A stretch of DNA of 64,000 bases from Cyanophyceae cyanobacterium (GTDB taxonomy: Bacteria > Cyanobacteriota > Cyanobacteriia > Cyanobacteriales > JBHJGN01). The position numbers were made by a program, and so were the translations under genes. The first letter of the stretch is position 1. Each line of letters begins with the position of its first letter. Of the stretch, positions 29,875 through 39,585 are shown in pieces. Below the pieces are notes generated by a model. It was not told the origin of the DNA and searched no databases. It saw only the letters and a list, made by a program, of their open reading frames with translations. The stretch is from positions 32,001 to 96,000 of the forward strand of contig JBHJGN010000019.1 of NCBI GenBank assembly GCA_050331735.1. Reading direction: 5' to 3'.

Positions 29875-29932
29875 TTAAGTTATTCGTCATCAGTGAATCA
29901 CTTTGTCCCAAGGACAAATGAAGAACAAAAAA

Positions 29933-30313
29933 CTAATTTGCACCACCTTGGAGAATGCGTTGAGGAGTAATCCCCTTTGCTTCTAAACAGTTTTCAAACT
30001 CAATTTCCGCTTCGCTCAGCTTATAGTCATCTTTAATATCCAACGTTCTCTCGATCTGGTCGTTCTTCATCTCCGCCATAGCGCGAGCGAATCGATCTGA
30101 ACGATCCTTATTTTTGAGCGTTAGCTGATCGGGTAAACAATCAGCAAAGGCTTCAAACCGTTCGTTCTTCTCCTGAGAACGAGGCACAAGGGGCATCGCT
30201 TCTTTGCCAATGGTGTACTGAGCAGACGTACCAGGCAAACTGAGAACCCAAATCACCCCTGCCAGCAGACCACTTAAAATAATGCCTAGCAGAATCAATA
30301 ATCTTTTATTCAT
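29933..30313 (-). CDS. Hypothetical protein with N-terminal TM/signal
   Basis: 126-aa ORF, hydrophobic N-terminus, two Cys. Confidence 0.6.
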   Translation of the reverse strand: MNKRLLILLGIILSGLLAGVIWVLSLPGTSAQYTIGKEAMPLVPRSQEKNERFEAFADCLPDQLTLKNKDRSDRFARAMAEMKNDQIERTLDIKDDYKLSEAEIEFENCLEAKGITPQRILQGGAN

Positions 30314-30494
30314 CGGGCAGTTTTATTTGTAAATTGTACTGACTTGAGAGATTTACTAATATTCTAGTTTCTTGTTGAGGGTTGATTGTTGATGGGGAGC
30401 TAAATTGCTAAATGATTTATTTGGATTGGTTGAAGCATTACTTTCTGAGTGCTGCGGCGCTTTATAATGGTCGAGTTCTTCATCATTTTATTAA

Positions 30495-31250
30495 TTGTTG
30501 TCCTCTCTTGTGTATCAATATCCGCCGCTGATTCCCGGGACTTTAGTAAAACGCTACAAGCGTTTCTTTGCCGATATTGAACTAGCTTCTGGAGAAGTGA
30601 TTACTGCTCACTGCCCGAATACGGGTCCAATGACCAAGATTTGTCTTCCCGGCAATCCGGTACAGGTTTCTCGCAGTGATAATCCAAAGCGCAAGCTGTC
30701 CTACACGTGGGAGATGATTCAGGTCAACGATAATGAGCCAACTTGGGTGGGAGTGAATACCGGGTTGCCGAATCGAGTAATTAAACTGGCGCTAGAAAAA
30801 CAACTGTTGCCAGAGTTGACTGGATACAGCCAGATTCGTCCCGAGTTTCCCTACGGACAGAACAAAAAAAGCCGCGTTGACTTTCTGCTGACGCATCCAG
30901 AAACACCGCCACTCTACATAGAAGTTAAAAGCACGACTTTAGTCCAGGGAAACGTTGCCCTGTTTCCCGATACCGTCACCACCCGAGGACAAAAACATTT
31001 ACAGGAGTTGCGGCTGCTGTTGCCGAAGGCGCGCTCGGTAATGCTGTATTTTATCAATCGCGCTGACTGTCCTTACTTTGCCCCGGGAGACAGTTTTGAT
31101 GCGGCCTACGGTCAACTGCTGCGGGAAGCCGTTGTCGCTGGGGTAGAGGTTTTGCCCTATCGGTTTGAAATTTCTCCGGCGGGTATCCGCTATCTGGGGT
31201 TAGCAGAATTTCTGCCGCAGCAACCCGCCGAAGGCAGTGGAACCTGCTAA
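30495..31250 (+). CDS. sfsA: DNA/RNA nuclease SfsA
   Basis: KRYKRFFAD, AHCPNTGPM, IEVKS, FPDTVTTRGQKHL. Confidence 0.94.
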   Translation: MLSSLVYQYPPLIPGTLVKRYKRFFADIELASGEVITAHCPNTGPMTKICLPGNPVQVSRSDNPKRKLSYTWEMIQVNDNEPTWVGVNTGLPNRVIKLALEKQLLPELTGYSQIRPEFPYGQNKKSRVDFLLTHPETPPLYIEVKSTTLVQGNVALFPDTVTTRGQKHLQELRLLLPKARSVMLYFINRADCPYFAPGDSFDAAYGQLLREAVVAGVEVLPYRFEISPAGIRYLGLAEFLPQQPAEGSGTC

Positions 31251-31293
31251 CCTATAAGCGAGCCTCTATCGGCACACTCAACAAACAGCCATT

Positions 31294-32214
31294 GTGGATT
31301 TACAGCACGTTATTATTGCCTACAAAGCCGGACACTCCGAAAGCCAAGCGTGGGCCGAAAAATGCGCCCGACAGCTCGAAGCCCGTCAGTGTCAGGTGCT
31401 GATGGGACCGAGCGGCTTTAAAGATAACCCCTATCCGGTCTTTTTAGCTTCTGCCTTTACCAAAATCGATCTTGCCGTTGTCCTAGGCGGTGATGGCACC
31501 GTGCTCGCGGCAACGCGGCATTTAGCTCCTGCTGGCGTACCGCTGCTGGCCGTGAACGTTGGCGGTCATTTAGGCTTTCTCACCGAACCCTTTGAAGCAT
31601 TTCAGGATACCGAGAAGGTGTGGGAGCGACTACAGGCTGACCGCTACGCGGTGCAGCGACGGATGATGCTAGAAGCACAGCTCTTTGAGGGAGAACGACA
31701 TCATCCCGAAACGGCCAGCGATCGCTATTTTTGCCTCAACGAAATGGGCGTTAAACCAGCTAGCGTGGATCGGATGCCCACTTCAATTTTAGAAATGGAG
31801 GTCGATGGAGAAATTGTCGATCAGTACAGTGGGGATGGTCTGCTGGTCGCCACTCCCACCGGGTCAACCGGCTACACGGCTTCGGCCAGCGGCCCCATTT
31901 TGCATCCCGGCATGGAGGCGATCGCCGTTACGCCGATTTGTCCGCTCAGTCTTTCTAGCCGTCCGATCGTCTTGCCTCCGCGCAGCGTCGTTAATATTTG
32001 GCCCCTGCGCGATAACGAACTCTATACCAAACTCTGGACCGATGGTGCCCTTGCCACCTCCATTTGGCCCGGACAGTGGGTAGCTGTAAAAATGGCAGAG
32101 TGTCCCGCTAAATTTATCGTGCTGCGAGACAGCCACTCGTTCTATCAAACTCTGCGAGAAAAACTGCTTTGGGCTGGAACGCGAGTTCACTACAGCAACA
32201 ATCATCGTCGTTAA
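31294..32214 (+). CDS. nadK: NAD(+) kinase
   Basis: LGGDGT, GHLGFL, GDGLLVATPTGSTGY motifs. Confidence 0.94.
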   Translation: MDLQHVIIAYKAGHSESQAWAEKCARQLEARQCQVLMGPSGFKDNPYPVFLASAFTKIDLAVVLGGDGTVLAATRHLAPAGVPLLAVNVGGHLGFLTEPFEAFQDTEKVWERLQADRYAVQRRMMLEAQLFEGERHHPETASDRYFCLNEMGVKPASVDRMPTSILEMEVDGEIVDQYSGDGLLVATPTGSTGYTASASGPILHPGMEAIAVTPICPLSLSSRPIVLPPRSVVNIWPLRDNELYTKLWTDGALATSIWPGQWVAVKMAECPAKFIVLRDSHSFYQTLREKLLWAGTRVHYSNNHRR

Positions 32215-32280
32215 TCCTCATCGGTAAACAGAGCAAGCATTGCTTCTCTCTGGGTAACGTTGGTAACAAGTAGCGCAACT

Positions 32281-32324
32281 CCCTACTGATGGTAGATTTC
32301 TATCTTTGCCGATCGCCTTAATCT
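32281..32324 (+). promoter_or_regulatory. Island motif site plus -10
   Basis: CCCTAC-TGAT-GGTAGA, 22 nt, TAATCT. Confidence 0.5.
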
Positions 32325-32360
32325 AATTGGCAAAGAAGTATGTTCAAAACAAGTCTGACC

Positions 32361-32564
32361 ATGAATAACGATTCTAAACAAGCCTCTCCAGGGCAAGCAG
32401 CGGCGGAAGCTCAAGAAACCATTAAAGCAGGAAAAGTTTATGGTGGCGGTGATGCTTTACTGGAGGTTGAAGACAAAGCCAATTCTGGCGAAGTTGTTGA
32501 TGAGGCGATCGCGACCAACACCACTGGCAACACTGCTAGTAACGCTCCAGGGGATGCTAAATAG
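32361..32564 (+). CDS. Small hydrophilic hypothetical protein
   Basis: Ala/Gly/acidic-rich ORF downstream of motif promoter; start 32340 or 32361. Confidence 0.6.
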   Translation: MNNDSKQASPGQAAAEAQETIKAGKVYGGGDALLEVEDKANSGEVVDEAIATNTTGNTASNAPGDAK

Positions 32565-32652
32565 TTTGAAAACCACTGGAGGATATCCCGTCGCTCCAGA
32601 GCGCCTGAAAAAGGACTACTAACAGTTTGGGGGCTAATCGCCCCCCATTTCA

Positions 32653-33222
32653 CTAAGCTGAACGGCGCTGTTCTTGGTGCTGACCTACGGCGAATTCCTC
32701 AATGACTTTACTAATAAAAGCAGGAATATCGTCGGGTTGACGACTGGTAATTAACCCCCGATCGACCACCACTTCCTGGTCGACCCAGTTGGCACCCGCA
32801 TTTTTCAAATCCGTGGAGACAGACGGATAAGAGGTGATAGTTCGACCTTTCACCACATCTGCTTCTACCAGCGTCCAGGGACCGTGACAAATCGCCGCCA
32901 CGGGTTTTCCTGCTTCAAAGAAGGATTTCACAAACTCAACGGCGGTTTTGTTTGTCCGGAGCTGATCTGGGTTAACCGTACCGCCAGGAAGCAGCAAAGC
33001 ATCATAATTGCTAGCATTCGCTTGATCAATCGGTACATCAACTGGGAAAAAATCTGCTTTATCGTAATGGTTCCAGCCCTGCACCTGCTCGCTTTCTGGC
33101 GAAACAATATGAACCTGAGCACCCGCCTTGACCAAGGCATCCTTGGGCTTAGTTAGCTCTACCTGTTCAAATCCTTGAGCCACTAAAATTGCGACTTTCT
33201 TTCCGTTTAATTCCTGTGCCAT
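32653..33222 (-). CDS. PfpI/DJ-1 family type 1 glutamine amidotransferase-like protein
   Basis: GFEQVELT, YDALLLPGG, AAICHGPW, TSRQPDD. Confidence 0.93.
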   Translation of the reverse strand: MAQELNGKKVAILVAQGFEQVELTKPKDALVKAGAQVHIVSPESEQVQGWNHYDKADFFPVDVPIDQANASNYDALLLPGGTVNPDQLRTNKTAVEFVKSFFEAGKPVAAICHGPWTLVEADVVKGRTITSYPSVSTDLKNAGANWVDQEVVVDRGLITSRQPDDIPAFISKVIEEFAVGQHQEQRRSA

Positions 33223-33267
33223 TAGCTGTTCTCTCTGTCAAGCTAGTTTACGTAAATGTGATAATTT

Positions 33268-33311
33268 ATACTATTTTTTTTACTAGGGAGCGGCATCTAT
33301 CTAACGGTCAA
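33268..33311 (-). promoter_or_regulatory. Island motif site plus -10 (PfpI gene)
   Basis: Minus strand TTGACC-GTTA-GATAGA, 22 nt, TAGTAT. Confidence 0.55.
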
Positions 33312-33425
33312 CTATATTGTTCTCTTGATTGAGTAACCGTCTAGACTGATCTTTTAGAGGAAAGGGACTTAACAGCGCTCAGTTACTAGTAATTTGATAA
33401 ATGAACTAACTAGTTTGGTCACTGC

Positions 33426-34364
33426 TCACTGTTCACTGTTTCTCCTTTCCCCGTCCCGGAGGAATGATTTCCCCTTTTCCCCCGCCAAGGGCGCTTCCCC
33501 GTACAGATCGACAAATCGTCTAAACAGCCGCATCGTATCGTGGTTAGATGGATGAGCCGCGACTAAGCGAAGTGATCTTCTAGTTGCTAACTTGCGGAGG
33601 TAGGGCAAGTCTTCCCAAAGAGTTAAACAGGACGCAAAGTGCAGCACTAACTGCAAAAATGGTTTAGGCCAGCTTAAATCGCTATAGATATCAATCAGAA
33701 ATTTGTGCTCGTTAGCACCGAGAGGAATAACGTTAAAAATTACTGTAATCTTCTTACCGTTGTAGACAGGAATTTTCAGCTCAACCGTGTAGGGCGTGTG
33801 CAACACCAATTCCACTTCGACAATCGGCTGTCTCCAAATTCTTAAGGCATTGACCGGAGAATCGAGAAGAGTTTGAAATTTTAGCTTGCCTCCAGCAGCC
33901 GTCGCTTGAAACTGACCCACTTCTATAATTCTTAAGTTATTCAGGCTAAAGGCATGAACCGTTTCTAAATGTTTTAGGTTCAGCAGGTGATAAATTTGGC
34001 AGAAATAAGGAAAGGGCAGCAAATATTCTTGGCGAATGAGGTGAAATTGTTGTAGCTCGAGCATTCTAGAGTGAGCTAGTTGCCAATACTGCTGATGAGT
34101 GAGAGAAACGCTGTCCGTTGAATTGGTGTTGTCTAACTCTTCTGGCTTTAAGTAGAGCCAGCTCACAAAAAAGAACGTGCCAATCAGAATATGAAGAATC
34201 TCAATCGGAGAAATATACCCGTCTCCCAGAGCCGCAATACTTCTATCAGTAATTCCAAATAGCCAGGAGGGAATTCCTAAGCTCCAAACACTGTTTCTCA
34301 GCTTAGCAACGCAGAGCAGAGTATTTGTTAAAGGGCGATCGCCTGGAGATGTATTGCTAGACAT
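33426..34364 (-). CDS. Hypothetical protein with N-terminal two-helix membrane module
   Basis: 312-aa ORF; N-terminus homologous to 37777-38031; last ~22 codons repeat-derived. Confidence 0.8.
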   Translation of the reverse strand: MSSNTSPGDRPLTNTLLCVAKLRNSVWSLGIPSWLFGITDRSIAALGDGYISPIEILHILIGTFFFVSWLYLKPEELDNTNSTDSVSLTHQQYWQLAHSRMLELQQFHLIRQEYLLPFPYFCQIYHLLNLKHLETVHAFSLNNLRIIEVGQFQATAAGGKLKFQTLLDSPVNALRIWRQPIVEVELVLHTPYTVELKIPVYNGKKITVIFNVIPLGANEHKFLIDIYSDLSWPKPFLQLVLHFASCLTLWEDLPYLRKLATRRSLRLVAAHPSNHDTMRLFRRFVDLYGEAPLAGEKGKSFLRDGERRNSEQ

Positions 34365-34877
34365 CGTTAATGAATATTAATGTGAACGAAATAAACTGAC
34401 TTGCCGCAGACCTGTGGCAATTAGCTCAATTACCAAGAACTGATCGCAAAGCTGCATGAAAGTAGTATCAGCTCTAGAATCCTCTGAGCTGTCGTGCGCT
34501 AATGGAGGTAACTCCCAGGAGAAAGACGCAAGCGAAAGCCAAGAATACTCCTAGGCTTTATTGTCAAATCAGGCTGATGCAATAAAGTCAAGAAACTGAA
34601 AGTTTTTGTAACAATTAGATATTAACAAAAATATAAGAAGTTGGGAGAGTAGCTACTTCGCTATCTTTAGGCGTCTGGGAAACAAATCTTTGGCTACGGG
34701 ACATTCAGCGTAGCCTGTTTAAAAACATCCCTCCAAAGCGGGATGTTTTTTGCTTTTTATAACGATGAAAGCCACTTTGAAACAGTTGATGCGGCTACAG
34801 TAAGATGAAGCGAAATGCGAAACCTTTGACTTCAATCAACTAGCCAAAAAACAAATGCTGTCTCCTGCTGTCAGTTA

Positions 34878-36380
34878 TTAGGCCAGCAGTAATCCGAAGC
34901 TAAATCCGAGAATCAGTCCGAGTAAGTGACTCAAAAAGCTTACCTGAGGAGTGACAAGGTCGAAAGCAAACTGTAGTGCAATAATCAGCACAATAAACCG
35001 CAGACGTTTAGCGGCAAGAGGCGATTGTTCCCGTTGCCATCCTCGCAGAAAAATAGCGCCAATGACGCCAATAAGCCCCATAATGGCGGCGGAGGCTCCG
35101 ACTAAAACTTGAGCCGGTTCTGTATTAACGGCCCACAGGGAAAACACGAACATCGCCCCCACTCCGCTCATTAAATAGACGAATAAATAGCGGGGAACTC
35201 CCAAACTCAGCTCTACGGGTCTTCCTAAAAAATACAGGCCCAGCATATTGGTGAGCAAATGCAGCCAGCCGTAGTGCAGAAAATTGGCGCTAAGTAAACG
35301 CCACCACTGACCGGACCAAGTAGCTTGGGGAACCAAGGCTCCGAGGCGATAGAGCGTGTTGAGATCTTCGCTGCCTCCTACCTGAATTTCTACACCAAAA
35401 GCGACCAGATTGATGCCGGTGAGTCCGTAGGTAGCATAAGCTTGGCGATCACGGTGAGTCATAACGTTTATTTTATCCTGTCTTAGCTCAATTTGAAGGC
35501 GAGCCAGAATCTGTTTGGAAGCATCGGTTAACACCTGCTGAGGCACGGCTGGGGAATGGGATAAACGCCAGGCGATCGCCTGCTCCAGCACGGGATCGCC
35601 GGAAGACAGAGAAGTAAGTCCGCAATCATTTTGTTCTGCTACCATCTGTGCCGTGCCTACCCAAAACCTTTTGATCCGTTCAGGATACAGGCTTAAAGGA
35701 CCAGCCAGCAAGCGTCGTACCTGTTCTACCCGCCCGCAGAAAGCCAGAGCATAAAGACAACCGAGCCTCACCTGTCTCTTGCTTAAATACGGCTGAACGC
35801 GAGCCATCTCTGTCAGCAATCCATTTAAATCACCGGTTTCTCCAAGAGTGCGGAGGTAGCAAACAGCCAACTCCGGATCTTTCAAGCGCGTCTGTTGCGG
35901 TAGCTGGCTAAGCCAGGCTAAACATCCGTTCCAGTCTGATTGGATCGTGTAGAGTAATGCCTGAGCGCGCAGAGACAGAGAACCAGAATTGGTAAGCACA
36001 GCAGTCGCTTGCTCCAGTCCTTGTTGACCTCGGGCCAGGGCCAGCATTAACTGGGGTCGTTCCCAGGCTCCGCTCCATGGATGCAGCCAGCGCAACCAGA
36101 GAGCTAGCCGGTACGCCTGATGGTATCGGTGGCGATCACTCTCGTGTTTGATGAGAACGTTTCCCCATCTTGGAAGGAGATAGAAGCTCAGCCACAGACT
36201 AATGCCGATTAGACCAGCCATGCTAGGAAAGGAGTAAAGTAACCCCCCTGTAATTCCTAAAATCACTCCGCAGGTAGCAGCCCAACCTCGCTCATGCCTA
36301 CCGACCGCTGGAGAACAAATCACAATGGAGGCAATACAGGCAAAACCAACAATCCAGAGCAGGAAGTCATTAAGATCCAC
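34878..36380 (-). CDS. Rhomboid family intramembrane serine protease with N-terminal extension
   Basis: WWRLLSANFLH, HLLTNM, GASAA catalytic Ser, HLLGLILG. Confidence 0.9.
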   Translation of the reverse strand: MDLNDFLLWIVGFACIASIVICSPAVGRHERGWAATCGVILGITGGLLYSFPSMAGLIGISLWLSFYLLPRWGNVLIKHESDRHRYHQAYRLALWLRWLHPWSGAWERPQLMLALARGQQGLEQATAVLTNSGSLSLRAQALLYTIQSDWNGCLAWLSQLPQQTRLKDPELAVCYLRTLGETGDLNGLLTEMARVQPYLSKRQVRLGCLYALAFCGRVEQVRRLLAGPLSLYPERIKRFWVGTAQMVAEQNDCGLTSLSSGDPVLEQAIAWRLSHSPAVPQQVLTDASKQILARLQIELRQDKINVMTHRDRQAYATYGLTGINLVAFGVEIQVGGSEDLNTLYRLGALVPQATWSGQWWRLLSANFLHYGWLHLLTNMLGLYFLGRPVELSLGVPRYLFVYLMSGVGAMFVFSLWAVNTEPAQVLVGASAAIMGLIGVIGAIFLRGWQREQSPLAAKRLRFIVLIIALQFAFDLVTPQVSFLSHLLGLILGFSFGLLLA

Positions 36381-36577
36381 GGAGGAAGAGCGCAGGAAAG
36401 CAGAGAAAATTAGCTAGTCTACTCAGGAACAATAGACACTACTTTAAAGTTAACTCATGCAGAATATTTAGTCAGTTTCCTTGTTGAGCAAACGCCCTCC
36501 CAACAAACAGCCTGCACTCGCTGATTATATGTCTTAAGATAGAGTACTCAAGGGACTTTTAGCGAACAAGAGTCAAA

Positions 36578-37774
36578 GTGATGAGGGATATCGGTAAAGC
36601 ACTGCAAGAGAAGACGGATCTCGTTACCCAAAACTGGATCGAAGCTGTTCGCACCGATGAAGAAATTGAAAGCGCCCAACAAATTGCTTATCACGCCGTT
36701 CGTGACAGTATTCCATTGGTTCTAGAGGCGATTTCTACCTTGCTCACCCGTACTCCGACCGATGACGATCCGCAAGCCGTTTTAGCAAGGGGATTGAAAC
36801 ATGGAGCGGAGAGAGCCGAACAAGGCTATGATGCTGCCGAAATTGTCCGAGAATATCGCCTATTGCGCCGAGTCATTTTTACCACGCTCAAGCCCGATCT
36901 TCTGTCTGGTTCTGCTAGTCAAGTTCTAGAGGCGATACAAGCCATTGATACCATTATCGATGAAGTCGTTTCTACTTGTCTAGAGAGCTACCTGCAAGAA
37001 CGTCTGCGAGAACTAGAGAGAGTTCAGGGTCAACTGATGCTCACCAATCAAGAACTGACTCGCTTGGTTCAGTCCCAGAAAGATAATTTGTCTCGTTTAA
37101 CCCACGAACTCAAAAACCCAGTTAACGCCATTATGGGGTACTCGGAACTGTTATTGCGCCAGCAGCCGACGTTCCCTCAAGCACAAGATACGTCTACAAA
37201 CCTGCAATTCATTGAGCGGTTGATCCGTAACGGTCAGCAGCTACTTCGCTTAATCAACAACTCGCTAGAGATTTCTCGCTGTGAAGCCGAGCAAATGCAG
37301 CCTCAGCTAGAGTCAACCGCTGTCCGCTCTTTGATCGAAGAGTCGGTGGAAGCTTTGGCACTCTCAGCTCGCGATCGGCAGTTAGCAGTGAGGGTAGAGT
37401 GCGACCGCGCTCCCGAGACTGTCCTGAGCGACCCGCTCTGGCTTCGGCAAATTGTGACTAATTTGGTCAGCAATGCCATCCGCTACACTGATTCTGGAAC
37501 CGTGCGCGTCATCTGTCAGAGGTGTGACGACGAGGGCTGGCAACTGGTGGTTTCTGATACCGGCGTTGGCATCACTCCCGAAGATCAGCTCAAAATTTTT
37601 AAGCCTTACTTTCGCGTTCAACAAGATCACCACTCCTTAGACGGCACTGGCCTAGGCTTAGCGATTGTTGCTGAACTCGTTAACCTGCTCCAGGGAAAGA
37701 TTTACGTTGTCTCTCAGGTTGGCAAGGGGTCCACCTTTACGGTGACGTTTCCACTTTCGGCACCAACGGCCTAA
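36578..37774 (+). CDS. Soluble histidine kinase with RsbRD_N-like helical sensor domain
   Basis: W.EAVR...HGAERAEQGYD..EIVREY N-terminus; THELKNP H-box; DTGVG, GTGLGL. Confidence 0.87.
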   Translation: MMRDIGKALQEKTDLVTQNWIEAVRTDEEIESAQQIAYHAVRDSIPLVLEAISTLLTRTPTDDDPQAVLARGLKHGAERAEQGYDAAEIVREYRLLRRVIFTTLKPDLLSGSASQVLEAIQAIDTIIDEVVSTCLESYLQERLRELERVQGQLMLTNQELTRLVQSQKDNLSRLTHELKNPVNAIMGYSELLLRQQPTFPQAQDTSTNLQFIERLIRNGQQLLRLINNSLEISRCEAEQMQPQLESTAVRSLIEESVEALALSARDRQLAVRVECDRAPETVLSDPLWLRQIVTNLVSNAIRYTDSGTVRVICQRCDDEGWQLVVSDTGVGITPEDQLKIFKPYFRVQQDHHSLDGTGLGLAIVAELVNLLQGKIYVVSQVGKGSTFTVTFPLSAPTA

Positions 37775-37776
37775 GC

Positions 37777-38031
37777 CTACTCCGGCTTTAAAAACAACCA
37801 ACCGATAAATAACAAACAGGTTGTGGATAGCTGAATCAGATCCAGGAGGGAGAAATAGCCCTTTCCCAGTACGGCCAGACCTCTATCAAACAATCCGTAG
37901 CACCAAGAAGCCAAACCCAGATACCAAATTCCTCTTTTGAGAATTCTAGAAAAGGCATTAATCTGATAGCACTGTTTATTCATAACCGCGACTTGGGCTG
38001 AAGGCAATGGAGAGGCTAATGCATCCATCAA
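37777..38031 (-). CDS. Small membrane protein, paralogue of N-terminus of 33426-34364
   Basis: GIWYLGLASWCYGLFDRGLAVLGKGYFS...WLFLKPE; start may be 37983. Confidence 0.7.
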   Translation of the reverse strand: MMDALASPLPSAQVAVMNKQCYQINAFSRILKRGIWYLGLASWCYGLFDRGLAVLGKGYFSLLDLIQLSTTCLLFIGWLFLKPE

Positions 38032-38071
38032 TGACGAACGCTTTATTCCTCGTTGATTAGCTCGTACTCCT

Positions 38072-38115
38072 GTTATAAGTTAAGAATTGTTACAAAGTCT
38101 CTACCGAAGTACATA
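38072..38115 (-). promoter_or_regulatory. Island motif site plus -10
   Basis: Minus strand TATGTA-CTTC-GGTAGA, 22 nt, TATAAC. Confidence 0.5.
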
Positions 38116-38189
38116 GCTTTAGCAAAAACAATACCTCTTTAGAGGTAGTTCCAAGGAAGGAGGGTAGCGGCTAGCTAGGGCCCGAGAAA

Positions 38190-39506
38190 CTAATCCAGTA
38201 ATTTCTTCACCGTCAGAAACTGCTCCTCAATCGCAGTACGCTCGCTTTCACACTCGCTCTCGGCGTGAACGTGATAGATCATCTGAGCATGACGCTTGAG
38301 AACGAGGTGGTCTTGTGGCTGATGAGTGTAGGCAGCAATATTAGCGATCGCCTCTAGTAACCGAATCCTCACTTCCACCGCAGAGCGACTGTACTGACGA
38401 ATTTGATCAAAAGCGGTATCTATAATGTCAGCAAAGGTAATGGGATTAGCGATGATGCGGAGTGTTCCGCGTTCATCAGTGCGATAAGGAGAAGGAATGT
38501 CTTTTTGTGCCAGACGACATAAAGCCGCACCAAGCTGATCGATACAGCGCATGGCCGTAAATGGATCGTTAATGCCGGGAGAGAGGGCCCGAACGGCAAT
38601 TTCGACTAGCTGCTCCACGGCAAAATCGAGATCTTGCTGCTGAGTCCGCTGTGCTCCCAGGACAAAAGCGCGATTGATTTGGCTCGCGAGCTGCTTGTCC
38701 ACTCGCTCCCCCGGATACACCATCACAAGCGTTGCTTTCGCTACGACGAAATGGCCAGGACGATGGAGAAGACGCATCAGCACATTGTTTTCCTGCGCCA
38801 CTTTCATTAAAAGGCGATCATCGATGACCTGAATATAGCCTCGTTGAGTGACGTGGACAGGACAAGCACGACGAGCAAAATCCGCAGGAACCGGGGATTC
38901 GCTCGACTTGTGCCCTTTGCCAAGCTGTTGAGGAAAAAGTTGTTCAATGGTGCGCTCGAGGTCTTCACTCACTCTCTGCACCACGTTATCTGCTTGAATC
39001 GATTCCGCTGCATGGTGAATAAAATAAATCAGGACGGCCAGATTTAGAGTAGCCAGCATAATACTAAACGCTACAGAAAGCTGTGGTAGAAACTGACCGT
39101 CATCCCGCCCCTGGACCGAACGCAACACCAGCAGACAGTACAAGAAAGTTGCAATAAACGTCCCCAGCACCACTTGATTGCCCCGGTCCTGCATAAAGTT
39201 GCGCAAGATGCGCGGTCCAAACTGGGAAGAGGCAAGCTGAAGAGCAACAATGGTAATGGAAAACGCCGTTGTCGCTACCGTAATCGACGAACCAGCAATA
39301 ACCGAAAGAATGGTACGGGCTCCGTCTGCATCCCTCGTATAGGTCCAGCCAAGAGCAGCAATAATATCAGACTGACTCGTTTCATCAAGCCGAAGCATCC
39401 CCAAAGACAACCCAACAGCGCTCGCCGCCATGAGAGCCGGAATAAACCAGTAGCTCGCCAGAAGAGACTGCCATAGCTGATAGAGCTTAACGTTTTTCAT
39501 AGACAA
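38190..39506 (-). CDS. DUF2254 family membrane protein
   Basis: YWFIP, LQLASSQFGPR, RALSPGINDPFTA motifs. Confidence 0.88.
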   Translation of the reverse strand: MSMKNVKLYQLWQSLLASYWFIPALMAASAVGLSLGMLRLDETSQSDIIAALGWTYTRDADGARTILSVIAGSSITVATTAFSITIVALQLASSQFGPRILRNFMQDRGNQVVLGTFIATFLYCLLVLRSVQGRDDGQFLPQLSVAFSIMLATLNLAVLIYFIHHAAESIQADNVVQRVSEDLERTIEQLFPQQLGKGHKSSESPVPADFARRACPVHVTQRGYIQVIDDRLLMKVAQENNVLMRLLHRPGHFVVAKATLVMVYPGERVDKQLASQINRAFVLGAQRTQQQDLDFAVEQLVEIAVRALSPGINDPFTAMRCIDQLGAALCRLAQKDIPSPYRTDERGTLRIIANPITFADIIDTAFDQIRQYSRSAVEVRIRLLEAIANIAAYTHQPQDHLVLKRHAQMIYHVHAESECESERTAIEEQFLTVKKLLD

Positions 39507-39585
39507 TGGGTCGCGGCGCTGCTCTCAACAAGAAACAGTCCGATAGCAAACGTTTTTGGTTGATTGCTCATTGCTGACTGAATGG

